Positions 1 through 8,385 of a stretch of 26,406 nt of DNA are shown here, piece after piece. The position numbers were made by a program, and so were the translations under genes. The notes beneath the pieces are model-generated. The model saw only the letters and a list, made by a program, of their open reading frames with translations, was not told the DNA's origin and made no database searches. This DNA comes from Candidatus Bathyarchaeia archaeon (GTDB lineage Archaea; Thermoproteota; Bathyarchaeia; Bathyarchaeales; Bathycorpusculaceae), in assembly GCA_049969855.1 (NCBI GenBank), contig JBMFOB010000019.1:1-26406 (forward strand). Reading direction: 5' to 3'. Position 1 is the stretch's first letter. Each line of letters opens with the position of its first letter.

Positions 1-182
1 GTACAATCTTAGAAGCTGTCACAAGTATACCAGCATATGGAACAAGCCGGCTGCGTTACTATCCTCCCACATCAGAAGTTGCAAGCTACCGTATTCCAAA
101 TTATAAACAATCCAATATTTCTAGTGGTATGATGTTTTCGTCAACAATAATTTTAAGGAAAATTAAAGGGTAACACAAAATT

Positions 183-527
183 TTAGGTCTTACTTGAACT
201 GATTTGACTTATCAAATTTTTCATTCTTCTTGAAACTGTGGCGTGTAGTTGGCTGCGAAGGGTTTCTCCTGTCAAATTAGCCTTTTGTATTTTTCTGAAT
301 TCTGCAGCTAACTCTTCATCTTGCAGAACTTCGTTTACCCATTTTTCAAAGTCTCCGCGGCAGAGGTGAAACTCTAAGGATTTTACATTAACCACGTTTA
401 TTTTTTCCATGAATTCTTTTAGGGATGCGGCGCTTTCGCCTGTGTAATTGCCTATTGATGTGAAGAAGTAGAAGGCTTTTTCTCGGGGAACTGTTCTTAA
501 AATTTTTGCGGCATTTTCTATATTCAT
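183..527 (-). CDS. DUF5752-like protein
   Basis: ILRTVP..KAFYF..IG.YTG..A.SL.EF...SLEFH..RGDFEKWV pattern recalled for DUF5752; start lies 1 nt past the stop of the Lrp gene. Confidence 0.75.
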   Translation of the reverse strand: MNIENAAKILRTVPREKAFYFFTSIGNYTGESAASLKEFMEKINVVNVKSLEFHLCRGDFEKWVNEVLQDEELAAEFRKIQKANLTGETLRSQLHATVSRRMKNLISQISSSKT

Positions 528-528
528 T

Positions 529-1062
529 TTATTTCTCTTCCTTTATTTGGGTTGTTTCCTTTATAAGTGTTAACTTTTTCGGGTCATTGGCTATTGAAAG
601 TTGGGTTTCCTTAAACTTTTTTGTTATTATTGAAGTGCGAATTCTTAGAACTCCACGAAGTGGCGCAATAGAGTTGGCGATGAAAGTGTGGAGGTTTTCT
701 TGGTTTTCGGCTACGACTTTGGCTATTATTTGGAGTTCTTCTGATAGGGATGTGTAAACTTCTAAGACTTGCGGTGCCATGCATAGTTTTTCTGCGACTT
801 TTTCGCTTTCTTTTGGGTCTGTGTAGATGGTCATTATGGCTGTGATGTTTTTTGCTCCAGTTTTTTCAGCATCTATCATAGTCGTATATTTCTTTATTAT
901 GCCATGTTGCTCCATCCTTTTTATTCTGTCGTAAACTGTGGAGTGGGCTATGCCTAAGCGTTTTCCTATGGCTGTGTAAGTTTGCCTCGCGTCTTCTTGT
1001 AAAGCCTCCAAAATTTTCAAATCTGTGGGGTCTAAAGTTAATGTGTTATTTTTGAATTTCAA
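529..1062 (-). CDS. Lrp/AsnC family transcriptional regulator
   Basis: LDPTDLKILEALQEDARQTYTAIGKRLG..STVYDRIKRM..GII winged HTH followed by a RAM-like domain; start codon uncertain (TTG). Confidence 0.92.
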   Translation of the reverse strand: MKFKNNTLTLDPTDLKILEALQEDARQTYTAIGKRLGIAHSTVYDRIKRMEQHGIIKKYTTMIDAEKTGAKNITAIMTIYTDPKESEKVAEKLCMAPQVLEVYTSLSEELQIIAKVVAENQENLHTFIANSIAPLRGVLRIRTSIITKKFKETQLSIANDPKKLTLIKETTQIKEEK

Positions 1063-1118
1063 AGGACGGTTCTGCCTCTCGCTTATTAATAAAATGTTTT
1101 TGAATTTATTGTTTTTTG

Positions 1119-1249
1119 TCGGAAAAGTGTAGATTTTTCCTTATTTTTCCTTCAGAATTTTATTCTGAATCTTCCGTAAACTTGTAGGTAATCAGCCATT
1201 TTATCTACAAACTTTCAATTTATGAACACAATATCCTACATTTTTACAG
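1119..1249. promoter_or_regulatory. Array of candidate Lrp-family binding sites in a divergent promoter region
   Basis: Palindrome TTCAGAAT-TTT-ATTCTGAA at 1151-1169 plus four related 15-mers ending TGTAGR at 1119-1133, 1174-1188, 1204-1218 (reverse) and 1235-1249 (reverse). Confidence 0.55.
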
Positions 1250-1335
1250 ATAAATTGACAAACAAGTTTAAATTTATGTGTGCGCAATAGAATATTGTTC
1301 TAGAAGATTCTATCAGAGAGGTTTGTGATGAGAAG

Positions 1336-1824
1336 ATGAAGATGCCTAGAGTTTGGGAAATAATAAGAAAGTTTAAGGATTTCTGCAAGTTTCACGGTTG
1401 GAAAACTTCTGAAACTGAAGATTGGGTGGAGGTTGACGATAAATATCACAATTTCCTCTGGACTAGGGATGTTCATCCATCGTCATTTAAAAGTATAGCT
1501 TCTCATAATAGGTGTGTGGTTAGAGAAGGCTTGTCTTATCGTGTTGTTGAAGCATATTATACTGCTTGGCTTTTCTCGGAAAAGCCTTCCGAGGCTCTTG
1601 TTAAAGCGATTTTTGAAAATCCAGAATTTTCTAAGCGGATAGCCCTTTACGATTTAAGCCCCTTGCTTGAGGGCAAAAACCTCTGTGGAAAACTCAACAA
1701 TACGGACAGTTCTGTTTTTCAAGAGTTTGAAAGTTTTCTAAAAAATGAGTTAAAAGTTGAACTTAAACCAATTTCCAACATGGAATTTACGCCGGAAAGC
1801 TGCTCAGTTACGGAAATGGCTTAA
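1336..1824 (+). CDS. Hypothetical protein (globular alpha/beta)
   Basis: 162-aa ORF with normal composition and GTGATG upstream; no recognised motif. Confidence 0.8.
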   Translation: MKMPRVWEIIRKFKDFCKFHGWKTSETEDWVEVDDKYHNFLWTRDVHPSSFKSIASHNRCVVREGLSYRVVEAYYTAWLFSEKPSEALVKAIFENPEFSKRIALYDLSPLLEGKNLCGKLNNTDSSVFQEFESFLKNELKVELKPISNMEFTPESCSVTEMA

Positions 1825-1881
1825 CATTAAATTGAAAGGTTTGATAAGGGAAAAGCGTTCTAAATTATTATTGTGAGGAGT

Positions 1882-2475
1882 ATGTCTGAAGACGCTGAAA
1901 AAATAAAGAGGCTTGTGGCTTTCAAGAAAAAGCTTGAAAAGAAAGTTGAAGATTTAGAGTCTGAGCTTAAAGAACTGCAGACGATGCTTGAGGCGGTAAA
2001 CTCGATATTGTTGGAAAAAGGGTTTAAACGGGCAGAACTTCCAAAAGCGCCAGCCGAAGTGGAGGCTTTACCGCCAAAAGAAGAGGCTCCAGTTGAAAAA
2101 GCGCCTCTAATAGAATATGAAAGTGTTACGCCTTTAAAGACTGCGGATGGCGAAATACTCGCAAATCTTTACGTGAGTGGAGACTCGCTGCGGGTTGTGC
2201 CAGCAGAAGGTAAAAACTTTAACGTGAACACCCCTCCTTTCACTCCATTTCTTGTGGAGAGGGTTTTTGCAAAAATGCAGGAAAAAGACAACGAGTTGTC
2301 TAGAACAGGACAACTGACGCCTGACAAGGTTTTCTCTTACAATGTTATTCGAGAAGGCGACGTAATTCGTGAAATAATTGTTGAGAACGTGGACCAAGAC
2401 CGTTTGAGGGAGCTTAAATCAAGCATCCGCTGGACATTGGAGAAAATGTATGAAAAGATGAAGAGTCAAGGTTGA
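1882..2475 (+). CDS. Hypothetical protein: N-terminal coiled coil, Pro/Glu/Ala linker, C-terminal globular domain
   Basis: Heptad-rich KKKLEKKVEDLESELKELQTML; ATG at 1882 preceded by GTGAGG (ORF track opens at GTG 1873). Confidence 0.8.
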   Translation: MSEDAEKIKRLVAFKKKLEKKVEDLESELKELQTMLEAVNSILLEKGFKRAELPKAPAEVEALPPKEEAPVEKAPLIEYESVTPLKTADGEILANLYVSGDSLRVVPAEGKNFNVNTPPFTPFLVERVFAKMQEKDNELSRTGQLTPDKVFSYNVIREGDVIREIIVENVDQDRLRELKSSIRWTLEKMYEKMKSQG

Positions 2476-2488
2476 GGCTAAAGCAAAA

Positions 2489-3049
2489 TCATTTGCGGTC
2501 AAAGTATATGCTTTTGCCTTTAGCGGATATTGGAATTCCCATTATAATTGTTGCTTCTGGCATAAGCTTCAGTTTCATTGCTGCTGTGCCGACACGATAC
2601 ATTATGCGGTTGTCAACGTTCAATATGCTTGCTATTTTCACGGCTGAGCCTAAGGCTATTCCAAGGTCTAAGGCTTTGAAAATGCATGTTGGACCAGTGA
2701 AATCTATTCCAAGCCTTTTCTCTGCTTCTTCAAATTCATTGCAGCTTTTGTAGCCGCATGCGCCACAATTTAATCCAAAATTTTTGTTTCCTTTAACGCC
2801 AATGAGAATTACGGCTTCTGAGTCTCTAACGTTTTTTGCGTCACGCTTAAAGCCTTCAATTTTTCTTTCCTCAGCTATTTGCTCCATTTTCTCGGCGATA
2901 GTGTCTTTCTCTTTGTCATAAACGATTAATGTTAAAGTGTCGTCTATGCCTCCTGTTTTTGGAGCTGTTCTTGCGGCTACGAGCATGAGTTTGGCTGCTT
3001 CCAAAAGTGCTCCTTTTTCTGCGTTTTGGCTTTCGATTGTTGGACCCAT
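2489..3049 (-). CDS. DUF2148 ferredoxin-domain (Fe-S) protein
   Basis: AARTAPK.GG.D, GLNCGACGYKSC, GPTC, DLGIALGSA, VDNRIMYRVG motifs. Confidence 0.85.
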   Translation of the reverse strand: MGPTIESQNAEKGALLEAAKLMLVAARTAPKTGGIDDTLTLIVYDKEKDTIAEKMEQIAEERKIEGFKRDAKNVRDSEAVILIGVKGNKNFGLNCGACGYKSCNEFEEAEKRLGIDFTGPTCIFKALDLGIALGSAVKIASILNVDNRIMYRVGTAAMKLKLMPEATIIMGIPISAKGKSIYFDRK

Positions 3050-3076
3050 TTTTCGCCTTCCTAACTATGATGGGTG

Positions 3077-3211
3077 TTACAGTGTGGTGAATGCTTTCTT
3101 TAACATTTCTAATATTGTGTTTAACTGTTCTTTATATATGCCAACAGCCAAGAAGGAGACTCCTAAAAGAAGTAGAAGCGCTCCTATTACTCTTCGTTCT
3201 GGAATTTCCAT
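3077..3211 (-). CDS. Small single-pass membrane protein (44 aa, not in ORF track)
   Basis: Manual translation MEIPERRVIGALLLLLGVSFLAVGIYKEQLNTILEMLKKAFTTL*; starts 7 nt after the trxA stop and fills the gap on the same strand. Confidence 0.7.
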   Translation of the reverse strand: MEIPERRVIGALLLLLGVSFLAVGIYKEQLNTILEMLKKAFTTL

Positions 3212-3218
3212 GCTGTTC

Positions 3219-3644
3219 CTATCCTAAATGTTTTCTTAAAACAACTTCAATTTGCTTTTTCGGCACAAGTCCAACGATTCTGTCCACTTCCTTTCCGTCT
3301 TTCATTATTATTAGGGTTGGGATGCTGAAAATTTGGAATTGCTCCGCAGTTTCTGGGTTTTCGTCAACATTAAGTTTTCCAACAAATATTTTTCCAGAAT
3401 ACTCCTCAGCTAATTCTTCAATTGTTGGGGCAAGGGCTAGGCATGGACCGCACCATGGAGCCCAAAAATCAATTAAAGCCAAATGGTGCTGATTTACTAT
3501 TTGGTTAAAGTTTGAATCTGTTACGTGGACTGGTTCCGACGCCATTTCACGTTTTCTCTCCTTCAGTTCTCTAAGTTTTCTTTCTCTGATACGTTTCAGT
3601 TCTTCATCTTCCCCAGATATAAACTGTTCGTGCTCTCCGCTCAT
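3219..3644 (-). CDS. trxA: Thioredoxin with N-terminal charged helix
   Basis: [10 protein letters not shown] active site, SIPT cis-Pro motif, LNVDEN. Confidence 0.95.
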   Translation of the reverse strand: MSGEHEQFISGEDEELKRIRERKLRELKERKREMASEPVHVTDSNFNQIVNQHHLALIDFWAPWCGPCLALAPTIEELAEEYSGKIFVGKLNVDENPETAEQFQIFSIPTLIIMKDGKEVDRIVGLVPKKQIEVVLRKHLG

Positions 3645-4090
3645 GTCTTTTCATCAACCATTTTCAAAGAGTTTTGTAAAGCCTTAAGCCTTTTGTAAGC
3701 CTCGTTTGGATTTGAAATTTCGGTTGCCAATTTTTCGAAGGGACATACTCCAACCTTTTTAAAGTCAAGTATGTTTTCAACAAGCTTCTCCCATTCATGA
3801 TAAACTTCATGTTCTTCAAAAAATGCCTTCGCTTCTCTGCTTAAGGTTACAGCATAAACCATTTTGACGCTTTTGTAAACGCATAATAATGCTATGGCTT
3901 TTCCAACAACCTTATCCGCAACAGAAGCCCCATTAAGCATGTCTCCAAGCTTTTCAACAGCTTCTAAAAAGCCCGAAATTCCATGGGATGAAGTTTCAAA
4001 AATTATCTTTCCATTCTTCGCTATAGCAAGTGTTAAAATTTTCTCTTTTAATAGGCGTTTTTTCGCTAGGATTAAATCTTGCTTTTCCAT
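3641..4090 (-). CDS. DUF1893 (TM1506-like) protein
   Basis: ADKVVGKA.A and CPFE motifs; ATG at 4090 (ORF track opens at TTG 4102); ATGA overlap with trxA. Confidence 0.85.
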   Translation of the reverse strand: MEKQDLILAKKRLLKEKILTLAIAKNGKIIFETSSHGISGFLEAVEKLGDMLNGASVADKVVGKAIALLCVYKSVKMVYAVTLSREAKAFFEEHEVYHEWEKLVENILDFKKVGVCPFEKLATEISNPNEAYKRLKALQNSLKMVDEKT

Positions 4091-4131
4091 TTCAATTGGC
4101 AATTATAATTCATCAAACTATTATTGTTTTT

Positions 4132-4560
4132 TCATAATGAAAATTTGGTTTTTTCAGGCGTAGTGGCAATTTCCCATGCGAGTTCTTCGTTTGATGCGCC
4201 TTCTGAAAACTTTTTCATTAGGGTTTTTGTTATTTGCGAGTTAATGGTTATGGCTAATTTTTTGCCAGTGTTTACACATTGAAAGTCTACACATATTCCT
4301 TTTGATGAGTTTTCAATCTTTAACTTTTGATTTCCAATAGTGCATTGAGTTGCCACTTGGATTCCGTCCAACACGCATGAGAAGGGCGTTGAAAGTGGAA
4401 GTTTAGCAGTTACTTTTAAATTTGCTGTTTTCAAAATTTTCTTGGCTGTTTCTCCCATTCTAACGCCTAAAACAAGAAAGGGACCAAAATGCCCATGCAA
4501 ATCTGCAGCCTTCTCTATAAGCTTCGCGAAATCTGCAGCTTTTTCAGTTTTTGCTTCCAT
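4132..4560 (-). CDS. FmdE-family metal-binding protein
   Basis: LHGH.GPF..LG.RMG and SC..DGIQ..T.CT.GN motifs. Confidence 0.88.
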   Translation of the reverse strand: MEAKTEKAADFAKLIEKAADLHGHFGPFLVLGVRMGETAKKILKTANLKVTAKLPLSTPFSCVLDGIQVATQCTIGNQKLKIENSSKGICVDFQCVNTGKKLAITINSQITKTLMKKFSEGASNEELAWEIATTPEKTKFSL

Positions 4561-4561
4561 T

Positions 4562-5116
4562 TTACACCCTTGCCAAGTTAATCCGCTTTAGTAGCGCTTT
4601 AGTTAAAGTAATGCCTATTATTGCTCCGATGACACCGCCAGTCACATGCAAAGCCACAAAGAAAGCTACACCTCCAAACCATTGTATCAAAAAGTTTGGA
4701 TTCATGAAAATGTAGCCTATTATGACGCCCGCTGTGGCTGCAGAAACGATTGATGCGAAGAGTAGACTGATTACACTTAGCTTTGGTTTTTCTAAGCTGT
4801 TTCTGTATCCAATGAGTTTTGTTAAGATGTCAAAGACTATGCTTGCAGCTGTAAAGCCAAAGAATTGAGTGGAATATGGGTTAAGCGTTAAGGTTACGAT
4901 TGTGGCAATTACGCCGGTGGCAGTTACTGCTCCATATTTTTTGACCCACCATAATGTGAGGATGAATGTGAACATACCTAAAGTGTCACAGAAAAAAGGC
5001 AAATGAGTGGCACTCCAAAAGATTGGCGCTATATAAGCGCTCAGCACACCGTACAAAGCTGCGCTTATAGCTATAGCAGCAATTTGCCTACTTGTGAAAT
5101 ATGTTTTGTTTTTCAT
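4562..5116 (-). CDS. Integral membrane protein, ECF S-component-like
   Basis: About 5-6 hydrophobic segments, N-terminal FTSRQIAAIAISAAL (AxxxA), KKYG loop; ATGA overlap with nikN. Confidence 0.6.
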   Translation of the reverse strand: MKNKTYFTSRQIAAIAISAALYGVLSAYIAPIFWSATHLPFFCDTLGMFTFILTLWWVKKYGAVTATGVIATIVTLTLNPYSTQFFGFTAASIVFDILTKLIGYRNSLEKPKLSVISLLFASIVSAATAGVIIGYIFMNPNFLIQWFGGVAFFVALHVTGGVIGAIIGITLTKALLKRINLARV

Positions 5117-5397
5117 GTCTTTTTACCTTTTGACTTGTCTATTATCATACCTAGCATAAATGTGATACAGAAAACCAAAAATACTCCGAAAACGCCTGCT
5201 GCAAGGGTTGAAATGTAGGGCGTGTCTATTATTGACAATTTGTAGTCTGGCATTAATCCCGTCCATGAGGGTTCATTCTCTTTTACTCCGAGGGTTTCAG
5301 CCACCTTTTCTAATCCATCTGGGAATTCTGAAGCGAAAGGTATCAGAACTGCAAGACAGAGCAATATTAGAATTAAGGCTTTAAAGTATCCCTTCAC
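5113..5397 (-). CDS. nikN: PDGLE-domain protein, NikN-like accessory subunit of Ni/Co ECF transporter
   Basis: AS..PDGLEKVAE and MPDY motifs, two TM helices, directly after nikM. Confidence 0.85.
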   Translation of the reverse strand: MKGYFKALILILLCLAVLIPFASEFPDGLEKVAETLGVKENEPSWTGLMPDYKLSIIDTPYISTLAAGVFGVFLVFCITFMLGMIIDKSKGKKT

Positions 5398-6055
5398 TTG
5401 GATTCCCCTTAAGAATTTTCAAACCATTAAGAACGTTTGGTTGCAGTCTCTGAAGTTGAGATACAAGCGTAGTTGTTATTGCTGCTTCTCCTAAACCAAT
5501 CAGCACATGCCAAAAAAGCATTGCAGGAACAGTAACCGCTATTCCTCCAGCCTCAGAAAAAACGGGAGAAAAACCAATTTCTAAACCGCAAGCCAAAGCG
5601 CCTAAAACAACAGAAAGCCAAGAAACTGCGAAAACTGACGGAAAAAGCCACTTTCTTCTTTTAAGGTCTTTTGTGAGGAATTTTATTAGGAAGAAGCTTA
5701 ATCCGCCTATGATGGCCATGTTGAAGACGTTAGCGCCAAACGTGAACAAGCCGCCATCTGCAAAGAACAATGCCTGCATCAGCAAGACAATTGTCATGCT
5801 TAAGATTGCTGCGTAAGGCCCCAGTAACATTGAGAGGAATGTGCCGCCCACTAAGTGTCCGCTTGTTCCGTAGGTTATTGGAAAGTTTATCATTTGGGCT
5901 GCAAAAATGAAGGCGCTTGAAACCGCCAACAAAGGTGTAAGAGCACTTGAATAGGTGGCTCTTGCTCTTCGCCAAGACAAAACAAGAAACCCTATGGATA
6001 TGACGTACATTAAAGCGCATATTGCTGGGCTTAGGAATCCGTCTGGGATGTGCAC
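5381..6055 (-). CDS. nikM: NikM/CbiM substrate-binding component of Ni/Co ECF transporter
   Basis: GTG at 6055 gives the N-terminus MHIPDGFL; GTSGHLVGG, QALFFADGG, GANVFNM, HVLIGLGEA motifs; divergent nikR favours nickel. Confidence 0.9.
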   Translation of the reverse strand: MHIPDGFLSPAICALMYVISIGFLVLSWRRARATYSSALTPLLAVSSAFIFAAQMINFPITYGTSGHLVGGTFLSMLLGPYAAILSMTIVLLMQALFFADGGLFTFGANVFNMAIIGGLSFFLIKFLTKDLKRRKWLFPSVFAVSWLSVVLGALACGLEIGFSPVFSEAGGIAVTVPAMLFWHVLIGLGEAAITTTLVSQLQRLQPNVLNGLKILKGNPSEGIL

Positions 6056-6067
6056 ACGCTTTTCCTC

Positions 6068-6097
6068 GGTAACACTTTTTATTATTTTAGTGTTACC
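6068..6097. promoter_or_regulatory. NikR operator (candidate)
   Basis: Perfect inverted repeat GGTAACACT-N12-AGTGTTACC, i.e. GTAACA-N16-TGTTAC, between divergent nikM and nikR. Confidence 0.8.
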
Positions 6098-6150
6098 ATA
6101 TTCGCATAAAAGCTTTATGGTCAACACTCCTACCTTAAAATGGGAAGTTT

Positions 6151-6558
6151 ATGACAAAAATAATCCGCGTAGGAGTAACATTCCCACCAGACTTGCTTAA
6201 AGATTTTGACGAAGTAATCAACAAAATGGGTTATGAAAACCGTTCAAAAGCTGTTCAGGACGCTGTAAGAATGTTTGTTTCCGAAAGGAAATGGCTTCAA
6301 GAAGAAAGAGGCGTGCAAGCAGGAGTGCTCATGATGCTTTACGACCATGAAGTTAGGGATTTGGAGAGTACACTAACAGACATTCAGCATAACTATTCCC
6401 ACGTAATTTCCTCAACATTGCATGTTCACCTTAGCGAAAGAGACTGTTTAGAGGCTATTGCCGTAAAGGGCGATGCAGCGGAAATTAGAAAGCTAAGTGA
6501 TGAACTGGCAGCAAAAAGAGGAGTTAAAATCCTAAAAACAATGCTTGTTTCCCTTTAA
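6151..6558 (+). CDS. nikR: Nickel-responsive regulator NikR
   Basis: RHH domain (RVGVTF...GYENRSKA), YDH, DIQH, HVH...CLE nickel site. Confidence 0.95.
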   Translation: MTKIIRVGVTFPPDLLKDFDEVINKMGYENRSKAVQDAVRMFVSERKWLQEERGVQAGVLMMLYDHEVRDLESTLTDIQHNYSHVISSTLHVHLSERDCLEAIAVKGDAAEIRKLSDELAAKRGVKILKTMLVSL

Positions 6559-6567
6559 CGCCTCATC

Positions 6568-7479
6568 TCAATTTGTTAACTCAAACATCTTTTCCAAAGC
6601 CTTCCTAGCATTTTTTGCTATGGCTTCTGGAACCGTAACCAAGTATTTCTCTTCTTTAAGGGCTGCATAAAGCCTCTCAAGAGTGTTCAACTTCATGTTT
6701 GGACAAACCGCTTCTTCATAGGCTAAAATGAACTGTTTTTCTGGATTGTCCTTCCTCAAGCGGTGCAAGATTCCCTCCTCAGTGGCTACGATGAAAGTTT
6801 TAGCGTTGTTTTCCTTTGCATAACGACACATCTGCGATGTGCTTCCAACGAAGTCGGCAATGTTTCGCATTTCAAGAGTGCATTCAGGGTGAACCATAAC
6901 AACAGCCTCTGGATATTGCTTCTTAAGCATTTGCACATCTTCTGGTTGGAAGAGCAAATGGGTTGGGCAAAAGCCCCATTCTGGAATTGGAATTATTGTC
7001 TTTCCAGTTTTCCTTTGAACGTAATCCGCCAAGTTGCGGTCTGGTCCGAAAAGCACTGTTTCTGCATTAACAGATTCTACAACCTTCACGGCATTTGCCG
7101 AAGTGCAACAAACATCGCAGTAGGCTTTGGCTGAAGCTAAAGTATTCACATAAAGAACAACAGGCACAAGAGGATAAAGCGCCTTCCACCTCTTAATCTC
7201 CTCAACCGTAAGCATTTGCGCCATGGGACACCGCGCCCCCAAAGAAGGCAACAAAACCTTCTTTTCAGGATTCAAAATCGCAGCGGATTCTGCCATAAAA
7301 TCGACGGCGGAGAAAAGTATTACTTCTGCTTCCTTTTCTTCCATGGCTTTTCTACTCAATTCTATGCTGTCGCCAACATAATCTGCAATATCCTGAATTT
7401 CTGGTCTTTGATAGTTGTGGGCTAAGATTACGGCTTTCTTTTCCCTTTTCAACTTAATTATTTTATCCGCTAATGCCAC
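6568..7479 (-). CDS. nadA: Quinolinate synthase
   Basis: ILAHNYQ, GDS, FMAE, CPMA, YVN, CTSANA, CPTH, HPEC, GST, CPNM motifs. Confidence 0.96.
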   Translation of the reverse strand: MALADKIIKLKREKKAVILAHNYQRPEIQDIADYVGDSIELSRKAMEEKEAEVILFSAVDFMAESAAILNPEKKVLLPSLGARCPMAQMLTVEEIKRWKALYPLVPVVLYVNTLASAKAYCDVCCTSANAVKVVESVNAETVLFGPDRNLADYVQRKTGKTIIPIPEWGFCPTHLLFQPEDVQMLKKQYPEAVVMVHPECTLEMRNIADFVGSTSQMCRYAKENNAKTFIVATEEGILHRLRKDNPEKQFILAYEEAVCPNMKLNTLERLYAALKEEKYLVTVPEAIAKNARKALEKMFELTN

Positions 7480-7543
7480 TCTGTTCGCCTTTTAAATTTG
7501 TTTGTGAAGATTTTCTAACAGCGTCGATGGATATATCCTTTGC

Positions 7544-8017
7544 TTACAACTTCATTTTGGATAAGTCTGCTCCACAGTGATAACACTTCTTCTTCATTGC
7601 GCCAGCTGATAATGGTTTTCCGCATATTGGGCATTTGTATTTTTCTTCACTTTCAATAAGCCACTCCTCTGTTTCACCATTCTTAATTCTTTCAAGATTT
7701 GCCCTCAAATCCACGCCGTCCTCTTCCAAGTAAGGCTTAGCTAATTTCTCAAATTTTTCGCAAGTTCCATTTTCGTATTCGCTGCATTGATAACAAAATT
7801 CTAAGCCCTTATCCCTCAAGCATTGGACGATTCTACAATCGTATCCCCAGCATTCTGGCGTTAAAGCCATGCAGCCTTCGCATTGCACCTTTTCTGGTGG
7901 GCATTTGAAGTGTTGTGCAAGTTTCGCTAAATATTCTCCATTGTCTTTGTATGCTCTGTAAATGGCACAGGCGCCACAGTATAATCCGCATCTTCCCACA
8001 AGATTAGCATCAGCCAA
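7544..8017 (-). CDS. DUF3795 Cys-rich protein with C-terminal Zn ribbon
   Basis: CGLYCGAC...CEGC...C.IVQC...FCYQC, then CPICG...CYHCG. Confidence 0.85.
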   Translation of the reverse strand: MADANLVGRCGLYCGACAIYRAYKDNGEYLAKLAQHFKCPPEKVQCEGCMALTPECWGYDCRIVQCLRDKGLEFCYQCSEYENGTCEKFEKLAKPYLEEDGVDLRANLERIKNGETEEWLIESEEKYKCPICGKPLSAGAMKKKCYHCGADLSKMKL

Positions 8018-8093
8018 AGTTTAAACTCCCTTTTTCGTGAATGTCCACACAGACTTTGGAACTGTCTTAAAAGCGTGATGTTTTATTTTTGTT

Positions 8094-8207
8094 TTAATAT
8101 GGTCTTTTTTGAATGAGAAGCTGATATGCTATAGGGTAGTCAACGATTAATTCAAATTCTAAAGCATTTTTGCTTCTTTCCACTTTTGTGTCGAGATTTT
8201 TTCTCAT
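8094..8207 (-). CDS. Possible 37-aa small protein
   Basis: MRKNLDTKVERSKNALEFELIVDYPIAYQLLIQKRPY* with GGTGA 7 nt upstream; no homology recognised. Confidence 0.3.
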   Translation of the reverse strand: MRKNLDTKVERSKNALEFELIVDYPIAYQLLIQKRPY

Positions 8208-8385
8208 CTTTCATTCACCGACTTTTCAGCCTATTATATCGCAAGTCTTAATAAACATTTCCGTTTAAACGCACAACAAAAATACTCAAAGGTGTTTGTT
8301 TGACAAATGCCATGCATAGCATGTAGAGACACGCAGTTTTTAATTAATCACTTAAAGTAAACTGCGGATTGAGTTAGGTGACACT

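Noticed and set aside
3-173. Open frame at the left edge (TILEAVTSIPAYG...RKIKG*)
   Set aside because: Truncated and unrecognisable; cannot distinguish it from non-coding sequence
2937-3492. Plus-strand ORFs 2937-3227 and 3091-3492
   Set aside because: Antisense to DUF2148, the 44-aa ORF and trxA
6056-6127. 24-aa N-terminal extension of NikM in the ORF track
   Set aside because: It would block the Met1-His2 metal site and runs through the operator/promoter
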